Positions 21,977-32,228 of a stretch of DNA of 64,000 nucleotides are shown in pieces. The stretch is from NCBI GenBank assembly GCA_027623675.1, contig JAQBVF010000002.1:69711-133710 (forward strand), given 5' to 3'. Both the position numbers and the translations under genes were made by a program. Within the stretch, counting starts at the first letter, position 1; each line of letters begins with the position of its first letter. Under the pieces are notes generated by a model that saw only the letters and a program-made list of their open reading frames with translations, did not search any database and was not told where the DNA came from. This DNA is from Chloroflexota bacterium. GTDB lineage: Bacteria > Chloroflexota > Dehalococcoidia > Lucifugimonadales > UBA3495.

Positions 21977-22921
21977 CTACGCCTGTTCCTCCGAAGAATC
22001 CCCAGTTGGAGCGTCCTGGGACGCCGTCTCAGGGGCTGCTTCTTCACCCGCGGCGGCGGTGGCGCGGCGGCGCCTGGTCCGCGGCTTGGGAGCCTCTTCT
22101 TCCGCCGGCGCCTCTGTCGGGTCAGCCGTACCTGCGGCGGCAGCAGGCGTGGCGCTGCGGCGGCGAGGCCTGGGCTTCGTTTCTTCCTCGGCAACAGCGG
22201 TCGCGGTATCTTCCGTTACGGAAACAGCCTCGTCGTCGGCTGCCTCAGGCTCGGCCGTTCCGCCGCTGGCCCATCTGGCGCCGCGGCGTCCGTGGGGCTC
22301 AACCGCAAGCGTTTCTTCCGCCCAGCGGGCCGCTTCCACGGTCATGATTACCGTGTCCCGGGCCAACAGTTCCTGAGCGTTCAGTTGGTTGACTGGAATC
22401 GTCCAGATCTTTTTCAGGTTATGGGCCGATTGGACCACCTCTGTAACGGTCCCCATGGTGACGACCAGAGCCGATCCGCCAACTGCGAGATTCTCCAGCA
22501 ATTGGGCCATGGACTTGGTCTTGCCGTCGATGGTGCTCGTGGAATCGAGACAGAACAGACGGCTTTGGCGCGCCTTATCCGATAGCACGCAACGCAGGGC
22601 TTGCCGCTTCATGCGCTTGGGAAGGGCGGCCCGGTAGCTGCGGGGATGCGGTCCGAAGACCACGCCGCCGTGACGCCACTGGGGGGCGCGGGTGCTGCCC
22701 TGCCGGGCCCGGCCGGTGTGTTTCTGCAGCCACGGTTTGCGGCCGCCGCCGGAAACCTGCGCCCTGGTCTTCGTGTCATGGGTTCCCTGGCGCTTGTTGC
22801 CCTGGTAGATGACCATGGCTTGGTGCACCAAGGATTGGTTCATCGGCACGTTGAAGACGGCATCGTTAAGTTCGATGTTATCTAGTGTGTCGCCGCTCTG
22901 GTTTTTTACTGCAACTTGCAT
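21977..22921 (-). CDS. rplD: 50S ribosomal protein L4 with ~109-aa Ala/Glu/Arg-rich C-terminal extension
   Basis: L4 core spans residues 1-205 (...GGGRKPW.QK.TGRAR.GS.R.P.W..GG..FGP). The stop abuts the rplW ATG. Confidence 0.9.
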   Translation of the reverse strand: MQVAVKNQSGDTLDNIELNDAVFNVPMNQSLVHQAMVIYQGNKRQGTHDTKTRAQVSGGGRKPWLQKHTGRARQGSTRAPQWRHGGVVFGPHPRSYRAALPKRMKRQALRCVLSDKARQSRLFCLDSTSTIDGKTKSMAQLLENLAVGGSALVVTMGTVTEVVQSAHNLKKIWTIPVNQLNAQELLARDTVIMTVEAARWAEETLAVEPHGRRGARWASGGTAEPEAADDEAVSVTEDTATAVAEEETKPRPRRRSATPAAAAGTADPTEAPAEEEAPKPRTRRRRATAAAGEEAAPETASQDAPTGDSSEEQA

Positions 22922-22948
22922 TTGGAGATCTTATAGTCGCCGGCGCCC

Positions 22949-23566
22949 TTAGGCGCCGATCCTTCTAATCTGGACCAGGCTGTTGGTAGCCCCAGGAATG
23001 CCGCCCTTGACCAAGAGCAGATTCCGTTCGGCATCCACTTCAATGATTTCCAGGCCTTTAACGGTGATCCGGCGGTTGCCCATGTGTCCGGCCATCTTCA
23101 GGCCTTTGTAGACCTTGCCGGGAGTGGTGCCGCCGCCGATGGAACCCGGCGCCCGGGAGCGGTCCGACTGACCATGGGTCCGGGGGCCGCCACCGAATCC
23201 CCAGCGTTTCATCACGCCGGCGAATCCACGGCCCTTGGATGTTCCAATCACGTCTACTTTCTCGCCGGCTGCGAAGATATCGACACCGACGGATTGACCC
23301 ACCTGGAATTCGGTGGGGTCGTCTGCTGTCACTTCCCTAAGGAAGCGGCTGAGACGGCTGTCTTTCAGATGGCCGCTTTCAGGCTTGTTTCGCCGTTTCA
23401 CATCGCCGAAACCCAGCTGGACCGCTTCGTAGCCGTCGGTCTCCTTGGTTTTGACCTGGGTTACGACACACGGGCCGGCTTGGATGACGGTAACGGGGAC
23501 CACTCTACCGTCTTCACGGTAGATCTGGGTCATCCCTATTTTCTTTCCCAGGTATCCCTGGAGCAT
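22949..23566 (-). CDS. rplC: 50S ribosomal protein L3
   Basis: 205 aa, starting ...G.LG.K.GMTQI. Confidence 0.95.
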   Translation of the reverse strand: MLQGYLGKKIGMTQIYREDGRVVPVTVIQAGPCVVTQVKTKETDGYEAVQLGFGDVKRRNKPESGHLKDSRLSRFLREVTADDPTEFQVGQSVGVDIFAAGEKVDVIGTSKGRGFAGVMKRWGFGGGPRTHGQSDRSRAPGSIGGGTTPGKVYKGLKMAGHMGNRRITVKGLEIIEVDAERNLLLVKGGIPGATNSLVQIRRIGA

Positions 23567-23600
23567 CGTTATTCGCCTTTGTTGATCTGAATGGTTGAGT

Positions 23601-23912
23601 CTAGAGTTTGATCGAGATATCGACGCCCGCCGGCAGGTTCAACCTGGTCAGCGAGTCTATAGTCTTCGAGGTTGGCTCCAGGATGTCGATCAAACGTTTG
23701 TGTGTGCGTATCTCAAAATGTTCGCGAGAGTCTTTGTCCACGTGGGGGCCACGGATGACGCAGAAGCGGCGAATGTGGGTGGGCAGCGGCACCGGTCCGG
23801 CGACGCGCGCTCCGGTCCGTTCGGCCGTCTCCACGATCTGTCCGGTGGAAAGGTCCAACATCTTGTGGTCGAAGGCTTTCAAGATGATCCGTACTTTTTG
23901 CCGAGTTACCAT
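23601..23912 (-). CDS. rpsJ: 30S ribosomal protein S10
   Basis: 103 aa containing QK(V)[11 protein letters not shown]. Confidence 0.95.
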   Translation of the reverse strand: MVTRQKVRIILKAFDHKMLDLSTGQIVETAERTGARVAGPVPLPTHIRRFCVIRGPHVDKDSREHFEIRTHKRLIDILEPTSKTIDSLTRLNLPAGVDISIKL

Positions 23913-23938
23913 AAGCCTGCTTTCTGTTCGTCCTTCTT

Positions 23939-23964
23939 ATTGGATACCGGGATTGGATACCGGG
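23939..23964. repeat. perfect 13-bp tandem duplication (attggataccggg x2) in the fusA-rpsJ spacer
   Basis: Units at 23939-23951 and 23952-23964 are identical. Confidence 0.9.
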
Positions 23965-23999
23965 TTATGAGACGCCACGGCCCTGGCCTAGGTTGAGAC

Positions 24000-26081
24000 C
24001 TAGGCTGGGACCAAAGTCCTTACGATGTGGTCCGGGACCGGCTCGTAATACTTGAATTCCATGCTATACGAAGCCCGGCCCTGGCTGATGGAACGTAACG
24101 CAGTCGTGTACGCGAACGTCTCGCCCAGAGGCAGAAGCGCCCGCACGTACTGCAGGTTGTCCTGGCCCTCGATGCTCTGAATCTGAGCCCGGCGGGTCCC
24201 CAGGTCACCGATCACTTCACCGAGGTATTCCTCGGGGGTCACCACTTCCAAATCAGCTATCGGCTCAAGCAGTACAGGGGCGCACTTGGGCGCGCCCTCT
24301 CTGATGGCCAGCATCCCGGCGCTCCGGAAAGCCATTTCGGAAGAGTCCACTTGGTGGAAGCTTCCGTCCACCAGAGACACTTTTAGGTCAACCAGAGGAT
24401 ACCCGGCTAGAGGGCCGTTGTCTAGGGCGTCCCTCACGCCTTTTTCGACCGCAGGGATGAACTCCCTGGGGATCGCGCCCCTGGTGATGTTGTTCTCGAA
24501 GATTATGCCTTCGCCCCGCTCCAGCGGGATCAGGTCCAGTATCACGTGTCCGAACTGACCGTGTCCGCCGGTCTGACGCACGAAGCGGCCTTCAACCTGT
24601 CGCTGACTGGTCAATGTCTCGCGGTAGGAGACACGGGGCATGCCGACCTGGGCGGCGACGTTGAATTCACGGCGCATCCGGTCGACCAATACTTCAAGAT
24701 GTAGTTCACCCATACCGGAGATGATCGTCTGGCCGGTCTCGTCGTTGACCGAGACTACGAAGGTCGGGTCCTCGTCGGCAAGTTTCCGCAGGGAGTCGGT
24801 CAAGCGGTCCTGATCGGCCTTGGTCGTCGGCTCGATGGCCACCGACACAACCGGCTTGGGGAACTTGGGCGGCTCTAGAATCACCGGGCGGTCTTGGGTG
24901 CCAATGGTATCGCCGGTGAAGGTGTCCTTCAGTCCGATGGCGGCGCAGATGTTCCCCGCGGTTACCTCATCCAGTTCTTCCCTGGAGTTGGCGTGCATGC
25001 GGAGCAGACGCCCCATGCGCTCGCGGCTGTTCTTGGTAACGTTGTTCACCACGGCGCCGGCCTTGACCGTGCCGGAATAGACCCGCAGGAACACCAGACG
25101 GCCCACATAGGGGTCGGTGGCGACCTTGAAAGCCAGCGCCGACAACGGTTCGTCGGCATCCGGATGGCGGAGTTCAATCTCATTGGTGCGTGGGTTGATT
25201 CCTTCCACTGGGGGGGCGTCCGCAGGGGAAGGCAGGTAATCTATGATGGCGTCCAGCAGATTGTGGATTCCCTTGGCGAACATGGCGCTGCCCAGCAGCA
25301 CGGGCACTATCTTCCGATCACAGGTGGCCTGCCGGAGCGCCGCCTTCAGTTCATCTTCGGAGATCTCCTCGCCTTCCAGATATTTGACCAGCAGAACTTC
25401 ATCGGTCTCGGCAACCTTCTCGATAAGTTCCTGCCGGTATTGTTCGAACTGCTCGGCGAACTCGGGCGGCGTGTCCACTTCTTTCGGCCGGTCGACGTTG
25501 CCTTCATTGACCCTTCCCACCGGGTATATGGTGGCCTTGCCGGTGATCAGATCGATCATCCCGGCGAAGGAATCTTCTGAGCCGATGGGCAGTTGGATAG
25601 CAACAGGGTTGCCGTTCAAGCGGCGGCGGATGGACTCGATCGTGCGCTCATAGCTGGCGCCGGCCCGGTCCATTTTATTGACGAAACAGATGCGGGGGAC
25701 CTTGTAGGTGTCGGCCTGCCGCCAAACGGTCTCCGACTGTGACTGGACACCGGCAACGGCGTCGAGCACGACGATGCCGCCATCCAAAACACGGAGGCTG
25801 CGTTCCACTTCGGCGGTGAAATCGACGTGGCCGGGCGTGTCGATCACGTTGACGCGGAATTCTTTCCAGTAGGTGGTGGTTGCCGCGGCGGTGATGGTGA
25901 TGCCCCTTTCTTTTTCCTGGGGCATCCAGTCCATCGCCGTATTGCCCTCGTCCACGCCACCCGCACGGTGAATACGGCCTGTGGCGAACAGGACCTGCTC
26001 AGTTACCGTGGTTTTTCCGGCGTCGATATGGGCGATAAACCCGATATTGCGGATCTTTTCGATCGGAAAGTTGTCTGCCAT
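24000..26081 (-). CDS. fusA: elongation factor G
   Basis: 693 aa. G1 motif AHIDAGKTT and DTPGH are present, with domain II-V sequence throughout. Confidence 0.95.
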   Translation of the reverse strand: MADNFPIEKIRNIGFIAHIDAGKTTVTEQVLFATGRIHRAGGVDEGNTAMDWMPQEKERGITITAAATTTYWKEFRVNVIDTPGHVDFTAEVERSLRVLDGGIVVLDAVAGVQSQSETVWRQADTYKVPRICFVNKMDRAGASYERTIESIRRRLNGNPVAIQLPIGSEDSFAGMIDLITGKATIYPVGRVNEGNVDRPKEVDTPPEFAEQFEQYRQELIEKVAETDEVLLVKYLEGEEISEDELKAALRQATCDRKIVPVLLGSAMFAKGIHNLLDAIIDYLPSPADAPPVEGINPRTNEIELRHPDADEPLSALAFKVATDPYVGRLVFLRVYSGTVKAGAVVNNVTKNSRERMGRLLRMHANSREELDEVTAGNICAAIGLKDTFTGDTIGTQDRPVILEPPKFPKPVVSVAIEPTTKADQDRLTDSLRKLADEDPTFVVSVNDETGQTIISGMGELHLEVLVDRMRREFNVAAQVGMPRVSYRETLTSQRQVEGRFVRQTGGHGQFGHVILDLIPLERGEGIIFENNITRGAIPREFIPAVEKGVRDALDNGPLAGYPLVDLKVSLVDGSFHQVDSSEMAFRSAGMLAIREGAPKCAPVLLEPIADLEVVTPEEYLGEVIGDLGTRRAQIQSIEGQDNLQYVRALLPLGETFAYTTALRSISQGRASYSMEFKYYEPVPDHIVRTLVPA

Positions 26082-26154
26082 TTAGATTTGGCACTGGATA
26101 CTTACTATGAAGACTGGGCGCTGGGGCCTACGGGGGAATCAACTGAAAAGTAAA

Positions 26155-26625
26155 TTACCGACGGTAGTGCACAAAGGCCCGGTTGGCTTCCGCCATCCGG
26201 TGCAACTCCTCCCTTCTACGGACGGCCGAACCCTCGCCACGGGAGGCATCCATTAATTCTTGTGCCAGTCCACGCATCATGGGCATACCGTTGCGGGCCC
26301 TGGCTCCTCTGATGATCCAGCGCATGGCAAGCGCTTCGCTGCGTGTCGCCCGGAGTTCCGTCGGTACCTGAATCGTGGAGCCGCCGATACGCTTCGGTTT
26401 TACTTCAACCGCGGGGGTGGCATTCCTGAGGGCCTGTTGGAAAACCTCTAGGGGTTCCCGATTGGATTCCGCCTGGATGATGTCGAACGCACTGTAGGTG
26501 ATGCGTTGGGCAATGCTTTTCTTGCCCTTAATCATCACCCTATTGATGAAACGGGCCAGCTCCACGTCGTTAAAACGCGGGTCGGGCGCAATCTCTCGTT
26601 TTTCAGCCGCTCGTCTTCTAGACAT
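26155..26625 (-). CDS. rpsG: 30S ribosomal protein S7
   Basis: 156 aa, starting MSRR..A.KR.I.PDP. Confidence 0.95.
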   Translation of the reverse strand: MSRRRAAEKREIAPDPRFNDVELARFINRVMIKGKKSIAQRITYSAFDIIQAESNREPLEVFQQALRNATPAVEVKPKRIGGSTIQVPTELRATRSEALAMRWIIRGARARNGMPMMRGLAQELMDASRGEGSAVRRREELHRMAEANRAFVHYRR

Positions 26626-26764
26626 AGGTAATCACACCTGCGTTTTGGTACCAATCGTTTGGGTCCCCTGGGAATAGATCCAACTATGGTCCAAACAAGC
26701 CATAGGAACCAGGGAAAATCTAAGGAATCAAAGCTGTAGACCTGAGTCTACAATAACCGGCGGG

Positions 26765-27181
26765 CTAGTCCCGGGGCTTGATCGCTCCGTACTTGCTGCG
26801 GCCTCGCCGGCGGTCCGGCACACCCTCACAGTCGAGAGCGCTGCGGACTACGTGGTAACGGACACCCGGCAGGTCTTTAACACGACCGCCTCGAATCAGC
26901 ACCACCGAGTGTTCTTGGAGGTTATGGCCTTCACCGCCGATGTATGCGGTGACTTCCACTCCGTTGGTCAAGCGGATCCTGGCGATCTTCCGAAGAGCTG
27001 AGTTCGGCTTCTTCGGAGTCATGGTGCGCACCTGGATGCAGACACCCCGCCTCTGCGGGCAACCGGGACCCCATTTCACTCTATTCGTGAGGGAGTTCTG
27101 GACCCAGTGCATCGCCGGAGCCTTCGTCTTTTTGTGGACGGGCTTTCGGCCTTTTCTTACTAACTGATTTACTGTCGGCAT
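26765..27181 (-). CDS. rpsL: 30S ribosomal protein S12
   Basis: 138 aa from ATG at 27181 ([12 protein letters not shown]...) after GAGGGG. The track ORF ending at 27226 is a 5' over-extension. Confidence 0.95.
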   Translation of the reverse strand: MPTVNQLVRKGRKPVHKKTKAPAMHWVQNSLTNRVKWGPGCPQRRGVCIQVRTMTPKKPNSALRKIARIRLTNGVEVTAYIGGEGHNLQEHSVVLIRGGRVKDLPGVRYHVVRSALDCEGVPDRRRGRSKYGAIKPRD

Positions 27182-27217
27182 GGCGTTCCCCTCGCCGCAA
27201 TGGGCGCGATATATAAC

Positions 27218-27245
27218 TCTATACAATCGACCGTGGCATTGTCAA
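27218..27245 (-). promoter_or_regulatory. sigma70-like promoter for rpsL-rpsG-fusA (TTGACA-16 nt-TATAGA)
   Basis: Minus strand reads TTGACA (27245-27240), a 16-nt spacer, then TATAGA (27223-27218). Lies about 35 nt upstream of the rpsL ATG. Confidence 0.45.
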
Positions 27246-27530
27246 CAGATTTTACTCGTGATTCGCCTGTGCTTCAACTCCCACGTACTCGGGGGAATCC
27301 AGACGTTTCACCCGGCCAATAAGACTCCGTAGACCCTGGATCCAGCCGGAATCTTCTTGACAAGCTAAGCCCCCAATCATAAAGTAGCCCATGACTCCAA
27401 TCTGCCGATCTGAGCCCTCGGCGCCACGAATGCCGGAGGCTTTTTTAATACCCATGACTCACCACAGCGCCCCCAGGCATACGGCCTGTAGCTTCACTCC
27501 GTCCCGACCCGCCAACGCCGGCGCCGCCAT

Positions 27531-28223
27531 ATGACATCCCAAGATGGCGGCACACGGGTTACCATTATAGGCGTGGGTCCCGGCGACAACGGATTCCTAA
27601 CCCTGAAGGCAAAACAAGCGGTTGAGGAAGCCGACCTGGTGGCCGGTTTCGCGACGGTCTTGAACGTCGTCCGACCCTTCGTCAAGAATGCCGAACTCTG
27701 CCCCATGGCCTACCGCGACCAGGAAGAGGTTCTTGACTACGCCGTGGGAAAGGTGAAACAAGGCAAGAGCCTCGTCGTATGCGCCTGGGGAGACCTGAAC
27801 GTGTCGGCCAAGGAGTTGCTAGACCGCGTGCGGCGGCGGGTGGACCACGTTGACCTGATCCCCGGCATCAGTTCGGTGCAGATCGCGCTGGTCCGTTCCG
27901 GCATATCCTTGGAGCATGCGGTCTTCGTCACGCTTCACGTTCGGGACGGCGCCGAATCGGCCTTGGAAGAATTGGTCCACTATATAAAGGAAGGCCGGCG
28001 GAACGTGGTCCTGCTGCCCCGACCCTACGACCTGATGCCGGCCGGTATCGCCGCTGGCGTTATCGAGGCTGGGATCTCCGGGGACCGCCAGATGACGGTC
28101 TTCCAACGCCTCACTCACGACGACGAGCAGTCTTGGAGCGGCAGCGTCAGCGAATGCGCCGCCATCACCTCCGATTTCAGCGATCTGTCGATAATGGTTT
28201 TCCACAAGCCTGACTCGGACTAG
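27531..28223 (+). CDS. cbiE: CbiE-type tetrapyrrole methyltransferase (precorrin-6Y / cobalt-precorrin-7 C5-methyltransferase-like)
   Basis: 230 aa. N-terminus VTIIGVGPGDNGFLTLKA...EADLV.G is typical of the class III SAM tetrapyrrole methylase fold. CbiE-sized and lies upstream of cobN. Confidence 0.6.
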   Translation: MTSQDGGTRVTIIGVGPGDNGFLTLKAKQAVEEADLVAGFATVLNVVRPFVKNAELCPMAYRDQEEVLDYAVGKVKQGKSLVVCAWGDLNVSAKELLDRVRRRVDHVDLIPGISSVQIALVRSGISLEHAVFVTLHVRDGAESALEELVHYIKEGRRNVVLLPRPYDLMPAGIAAGVIEAGISGDRQMTVFQRLTHDDEQSWSGSVSECAAITSDFSDLSIMVFHKPDSD

Positions 28224-28378
28224 GCAGCATCAGGCACGGGCTTTCGCAAGCCCGATTCCGGTTAAAGTTAACCAGGCCTTCTAACCCACCGGTCCGCCCC
28301 CGCACGGGTTGGCGAGACCGGACAAGATATTTCACCGGCCTGCCTCGAAGGGGGAGGCTGGGAGGGACCGGTCCCAGT

Positions 28379-31300
28379 TTGATCCTTTTCGTCACCACTG
28401 CAGACACCGACCTGCTCACCGCTGGCCGGGCATTGGAGATTCTGCCGGCTGATTTTCCACAGGTAAAGGCGTTCAACCCGGCCACTCTGCCGGGGGAAGG
28501 CGAGCAAGACGCCATCCTGGCGGCCGCCGCGGAGGCCGACGTTGTTGTGCTGCGCCTGCTGGGCGGCAAACGGGCCATGCCCGAAAACTTCGACCCATTG
28601 GTCCGCCTCTGCCACGAGCGGGGCATTCCCCTCATCGCCTGTCCTGGCCATCAGGAATGGGACCAAGACCTGGTCACGGCCTGCACCGTTCCGCCCTCTG
28701 AGCTAGACGCCGTTTTCTCCTACCTGATTCGTGGCGGCGTGGCCAATTTCGAGAATCTTTTCCTCTTTTTAAGTGACTCCTACCTGGGCTCGGACTACGG
28801 CCACGAGGCCCCGGCGGAAGTCTCATGGGAAGGCATCTACCATCCCGACGAAGCCGACGGCATGTCAGCCCAGGATTTTGTGGTGCGCCGCTTCAAGCCC
28901 GGCCGGCCCAGCGTGGCGGTGCTGTTCTACCGCGCCCACTGGATGAGCGGCAACCTGCAGACGGTGGACGCACTGGTCCGGCGGCTTGAGGAACTGGAAA
29001 CCAACGTGATGCCCGTCTATTCGTTCAGCCTGAAACACAATCCGGAGGGCGACGGGCAGGCCAACCGGACCTTCTCGGAGATCCTCTGCGACGAGAATGG
29101 CGACGCCCGCGTCGACTGCATCATCAACACCATGGGCATGTCCATGACCGACCTGCACCAAGACGGCGCAACCTTCGCCGCCGGCCCCCAGGTCGACTAT
29201 CTGGACAAGCTGAACGTCCCCATAATCCAGGGCATATTCAGCACCGGCAACGAGGCCGAATGGGAGGAGAGCTCCCTGGGTCTGGGCCCCATAGACACCG
29301 CCATGAGTGTGGCCCTGCCCGAGTTCGACGGGCGGATCATCACCGTGCCAATCTCATTCAAAGAAGAGGTATCTTCGGAATCCGTTGGCCGCGATGGCAA
29401 GATGGACGCCCGGCTGCAGCGAAACCTGCCCCGGCCCGACCGCATCGACCTCCTGGCCCGGCTGTCCGCCAAATGGGCCTCGCTGCGGCTAAAGCCGAAC
29501 GCTGACAAGCGCATCGCCATCATCCTCAGCAACTACCCGACCAAGGACGCCCGCGTCGGGAACGCGGTGGGACTGGACACCCCCGCTTCGGTCATCAACG
29601 TGCTAAACGCCATGGCCGCGGCCGGGTACACCGTGACCGACATCCCCGCCGACGGCGATGAACTGGTCCACCGGATAATCGAGCGGTGCAGCAACGACAC
29701 CGACACGCTGACCGAAGAGCAACTCCGGCTGGCGGCGGGCCACGTTAGCTCCACCCAGTACAAAGAGTGGTTCCGCGGTTTCCCGCAAACCGTCCAGAAC
29801 GACATGGTTGAGGCCTGGGGCCAGCCGCCGGGGCAGGTATACCGCACCGGAGACAACCTGGCCATCGCCGGTATCGACTTGGGCAACGTGTTCGTCGGAC
29901 TACAGCCGCCCCGAGGCTTCGGCGAGAACCCCATATCCGTGTACCACAGCCCGGACCTGGTCCCCACCCATCACTACATCGCCTATTACCGGTGGATGCG
30001 GGACGTTTTCAAAGCCGACGCGATGGTCCATGTGGGCAAGCACGGCACCCTGGAATGGCTGCCCGGAAAGGGGATCGGCCTGTCCGCTGCCTGCTACCCC
30101 GAGGTGGCCCTGGATGACGTGCCGCTGTTCTACCCGTTCATCATCAACAATCCCGGTGAGGGCGCCCAGGCCAAGCGGCGGGCCCACGCCACCATCATCG
30201 ACCACCTCATACCGGCCATGACCACCGCCGACAGTTACGGCGACATCGCCCGGCTGGAACAGTTGATGGACGAGCATTACCAGTGCCAGACGTTGGACCC
30301 GGCCAAGCTGCCCTTGCTTGAGGGCCAGATCTGGGACATGGTGCGTCAGGCCGACCTGGACCGCGACCTGGGAGTGGACGAACATCCGGAGGACTTCGGC
30401 GACTTCATCTTGCACATCGACGGCTATCTCTGCGAACTGAAAGACGCCCAGATCAGGGACGGTCTCCACACCCTGGGCGAGGTGCCCCAAGACGAGCAGA
30501 TGACCGGCCTGTTATCCTCCCTCACTCGCTTGGATACCGGAGGGATACCCAGCCTTAGACGCTCGCTGGCCGAGGCCATGGGCTTGGATTACACCAGCCT
30601 GCTTGACGAACCGGCGCTGCCCGCCCCCGAGCCGGTCCCAGCGCCGCTGGCCGCCGGCGACGGCACGCCGGTCCGCACCCAAGGCGACCTGCTGGAAAGA
30701 CTGGAAGAGCTGTCCCGCTCGGCTTACACCATGCTGGACGCCGGCGGGTTCAAAAGGCAGGACGTGGCCGGCATTGTCTTAAAGCTACTGGGAACCGAAG
30801 ACGCCCAGTCCAGCCACGTGCTGAACTACGTGACCGACACCCTGCATCCGGCGCTGCTGCGGACCACCGACGAGATCGGCAATCTGCTGCGCGGCCTGGA
30901 CGGTCAATTCGTCCCCGCCGGACCCAGCGGCGCACCGACCAGGGGCATGTCCAACATCCTGCCCACCGGCCGCAATTTCTATTCCGTCGACCCCAAGACC
31001 ATCCCATCGCCCACCGCCTGGGACATGGGCGTCGGCCTGGCCAACGCGCTGCTGCAGGTCTATCTGGAGGAAGAGGGCGGCTACCCCGAGATGGTGGGGC
31101 TGGTCATCTGGGGCACGTCCGCCATGCGCACCCACGGCGACGACATCGCCCAGGTGTTCAGCCTTCTCGGCATCAAGCCGGTCTGGCAGGAAGAGAGCCG
31201 GCGCATCACCGGACTCGAGGTGATACCTCTGGCGGACCTGGGCCGTCCCCGGATCGACGTCACGGTTCGGATCAGCGGCTTCTTCCGGGACGCCTTCCCC

Positions 31301-32203
31301 AACCTGATCGAGTTGATCGACCAGGCGGTGGAGCTGGTGGCCTCGTTGGACGAATCGCCGGAAGACAACATGGTGGTCAAACACCTGCGGGAGGACGCCG
31401 CCGCCAGGGAGTCCGGCGAGGAACAGTCGGCCGAGCCGACCGTGTCCCAGGGCAACCCCGCGCTGTACCGGATATTCGGCAGCAAGCCCGGCACCTATGG
31501 GGCCGGGATATTGGCCGCCATCGATGAACGCAACTGGGAGAGCGTTCAAGACCTGGCTGAGGTCTATACCGCCTGGGGCGGCTACGCCTATACCCGCCAG
31601 GACTTCGGCGTTAACGCCCGGAACGAGTTCCGCCGCCGGTTCAGCCAGATCGTGGTTGCGGCCAAGAACCAGGACAACCGGGAGCACGACATCTTCGACA
31701 GCGACGACTACATGCAGTATCACGGCGGCATGATCGCCACCGTGAGGGCGCTGACCGGCAGCAACCCCCAGCAATTTTTCGGAGACAGTTCCGACCCCAC
31801 CCGCGCCAGGGTTCGAAAGTTGGAGGAGGAAGCGCGCCGGGTCTTCCGCACCAGGGTGGTCAACCCCAAGTGGATCGACTCCATGAAGCGCCACGGCTAC
31901 AAGGGCGCCTTCGAGCTGTCGGCCACCGTCGATTACATGTTCGGCTATGACGCCACTGCCCAGGTCATTGAGGACTGGATGTACGAGAATGTCACCGAGT
32001 CCTACGTGCTGGACCCGGAGACCCAGGAGTTCTTCCAGCAGAGCAACCCCTGGGCGCTAAGAGACATTGTGGAGCGGCTGTTGGAGGCGATAGAGCGCGG
32101 CATGTGGGAGAACCCGCCCGAGGACATGAAGGAAAAGCTTCAAAACATGTTCTTGGACCTGGAAGCCGATCTGGAAGCCCGCCAAGAGGGCCCGCAAAGC
32201 TAA
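28379..32203 (+). CDS. cobN: cobaltochelatase large subunit CobN
   Basis: 1274 aa with a TTG start. Has the CobN/ChlH-family N-terminus (ILFVTTADTDLL) and family-length conservation (…HHYIAYYRW…VHVGKHGTLEWLPGK…). Confidence 0.9.
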   Translation: MILFVTTADTDLLTAGRALEILPADFPQVKAFNPATLPGEGEQDAILAAAAEADVVVLRLLGGKRAMPENFDPLVRLCHERGIPLIACPGHQEWDQDLVTACTVPPSELDAVFSYLIRGGVANFENLFLFLSDSYLGSDYGHEAPAEVSWEGIYHPDEADGMSAQDFVVRRFKPGRPSVAVLFYRAHWMSGNLQTVDALVRRLEELETNVMPVYSFSLKHNPEGDGQANRTFSEILCDENGDARVDCIINTMGMSMTDLHQDGATFAAGPQVDYLDKLNVPIIQGIFSTGNEAEWEESSLGLGPIDTAMSVALPEFDGRIITVPISFKEEVSSESVGRDGKMDARLQRNLPRPDRIDLLARLSAKWASLRLKPNADKRIAIILSNYPTKDARVGNAVGLDTPASVINVLNAMAAAGYTVTDIPADGDELVHRIIERCSNDTDTLTEEQLRLAAGHVSSTQYKEWFRGFPQTVQNDMVEAWGQPPGQVYRTGDNLAIAGIDLGNVFVGLQPPRGFGENPISVYHSPDLVPTHHYIAYYRWMRDVFKADAMVHVGKHGTLEWLPGKGIGLSAACYPEVALDDVPLFYPFIINNPGEGAQAKRRAHATIIDHLIPAMTTADSYGDIARLEQLMDEHYQCQTLDPAKLPLLEGQIWDMVRQADLDRDLGVDEHPEDFGDFILHIDGYLCELKDAQIRDGLHTLGEVPQDEQMTGLLSSLTRLDTGGIPSLRRSLAEAMGLDYTSLLDEPALPAPEPVPAPLAAGDGTPVRTQGDLLERLEELSRSAYTMLDAGGFKRQDVAGIVLKLLGTEDAQSSHVLNYVTDTLHPALLRTTDEIGNLLRGLDGQFVPAGPSGAPTRGMSNILPTGRNFYSVDPKTIPSPTAWDMGVGLANALLQVYLEEEGGYPEMVGLVIWGTSAMRTHGDDIAQVFSLLGIKPVWQEESRRITGLEVIPLADLGRPRIDVTVRISGFFRDAFPNLIELIDQAVELVASLDESPEDNMVVKHLREDAAARESGEEQSAEPTVSQGNPALYRIFGSKPGTYGAGILAAIDERNWESVQDLAEVYTAWGGYAYTRQDFGVNARNEFRRRFSQIVVAAKNQDNREHDIFDSDDYMQYHGGMIATVRALTGSNPQQFFGDSSDPTRARVRKLEEEARRVFRTRVVNPKWIDSMKRHGYKGAFELSATVDYMFGYDATAQVIEDWMYENVTESYVLDPETQEFFQQSNPWALRDIVERLLEAIERGMWENPPEDMKEKLQNMFLDLEADLEARQEGPQS

Positions 32204-32228
32204 ATCACAGATCTTCAGGAGGCCACCT

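Noticed and set aside
27182-27530. Strand switch (22 kb of minus-strand genes meeting 24 kb of plus-strand genes) considered as a possible replication origin. It contains a 67-aa ORF at 27252-27455.
   Set aside because: I found no DnaA-box-like TTATCCACA/TGTGGATAA motifs, no AT-rich unwinding element, and no dnaA/dnaN nearby. The region is adequately explained by divergent promoters. The 67-aa ORF has no recognisable features or RBS.
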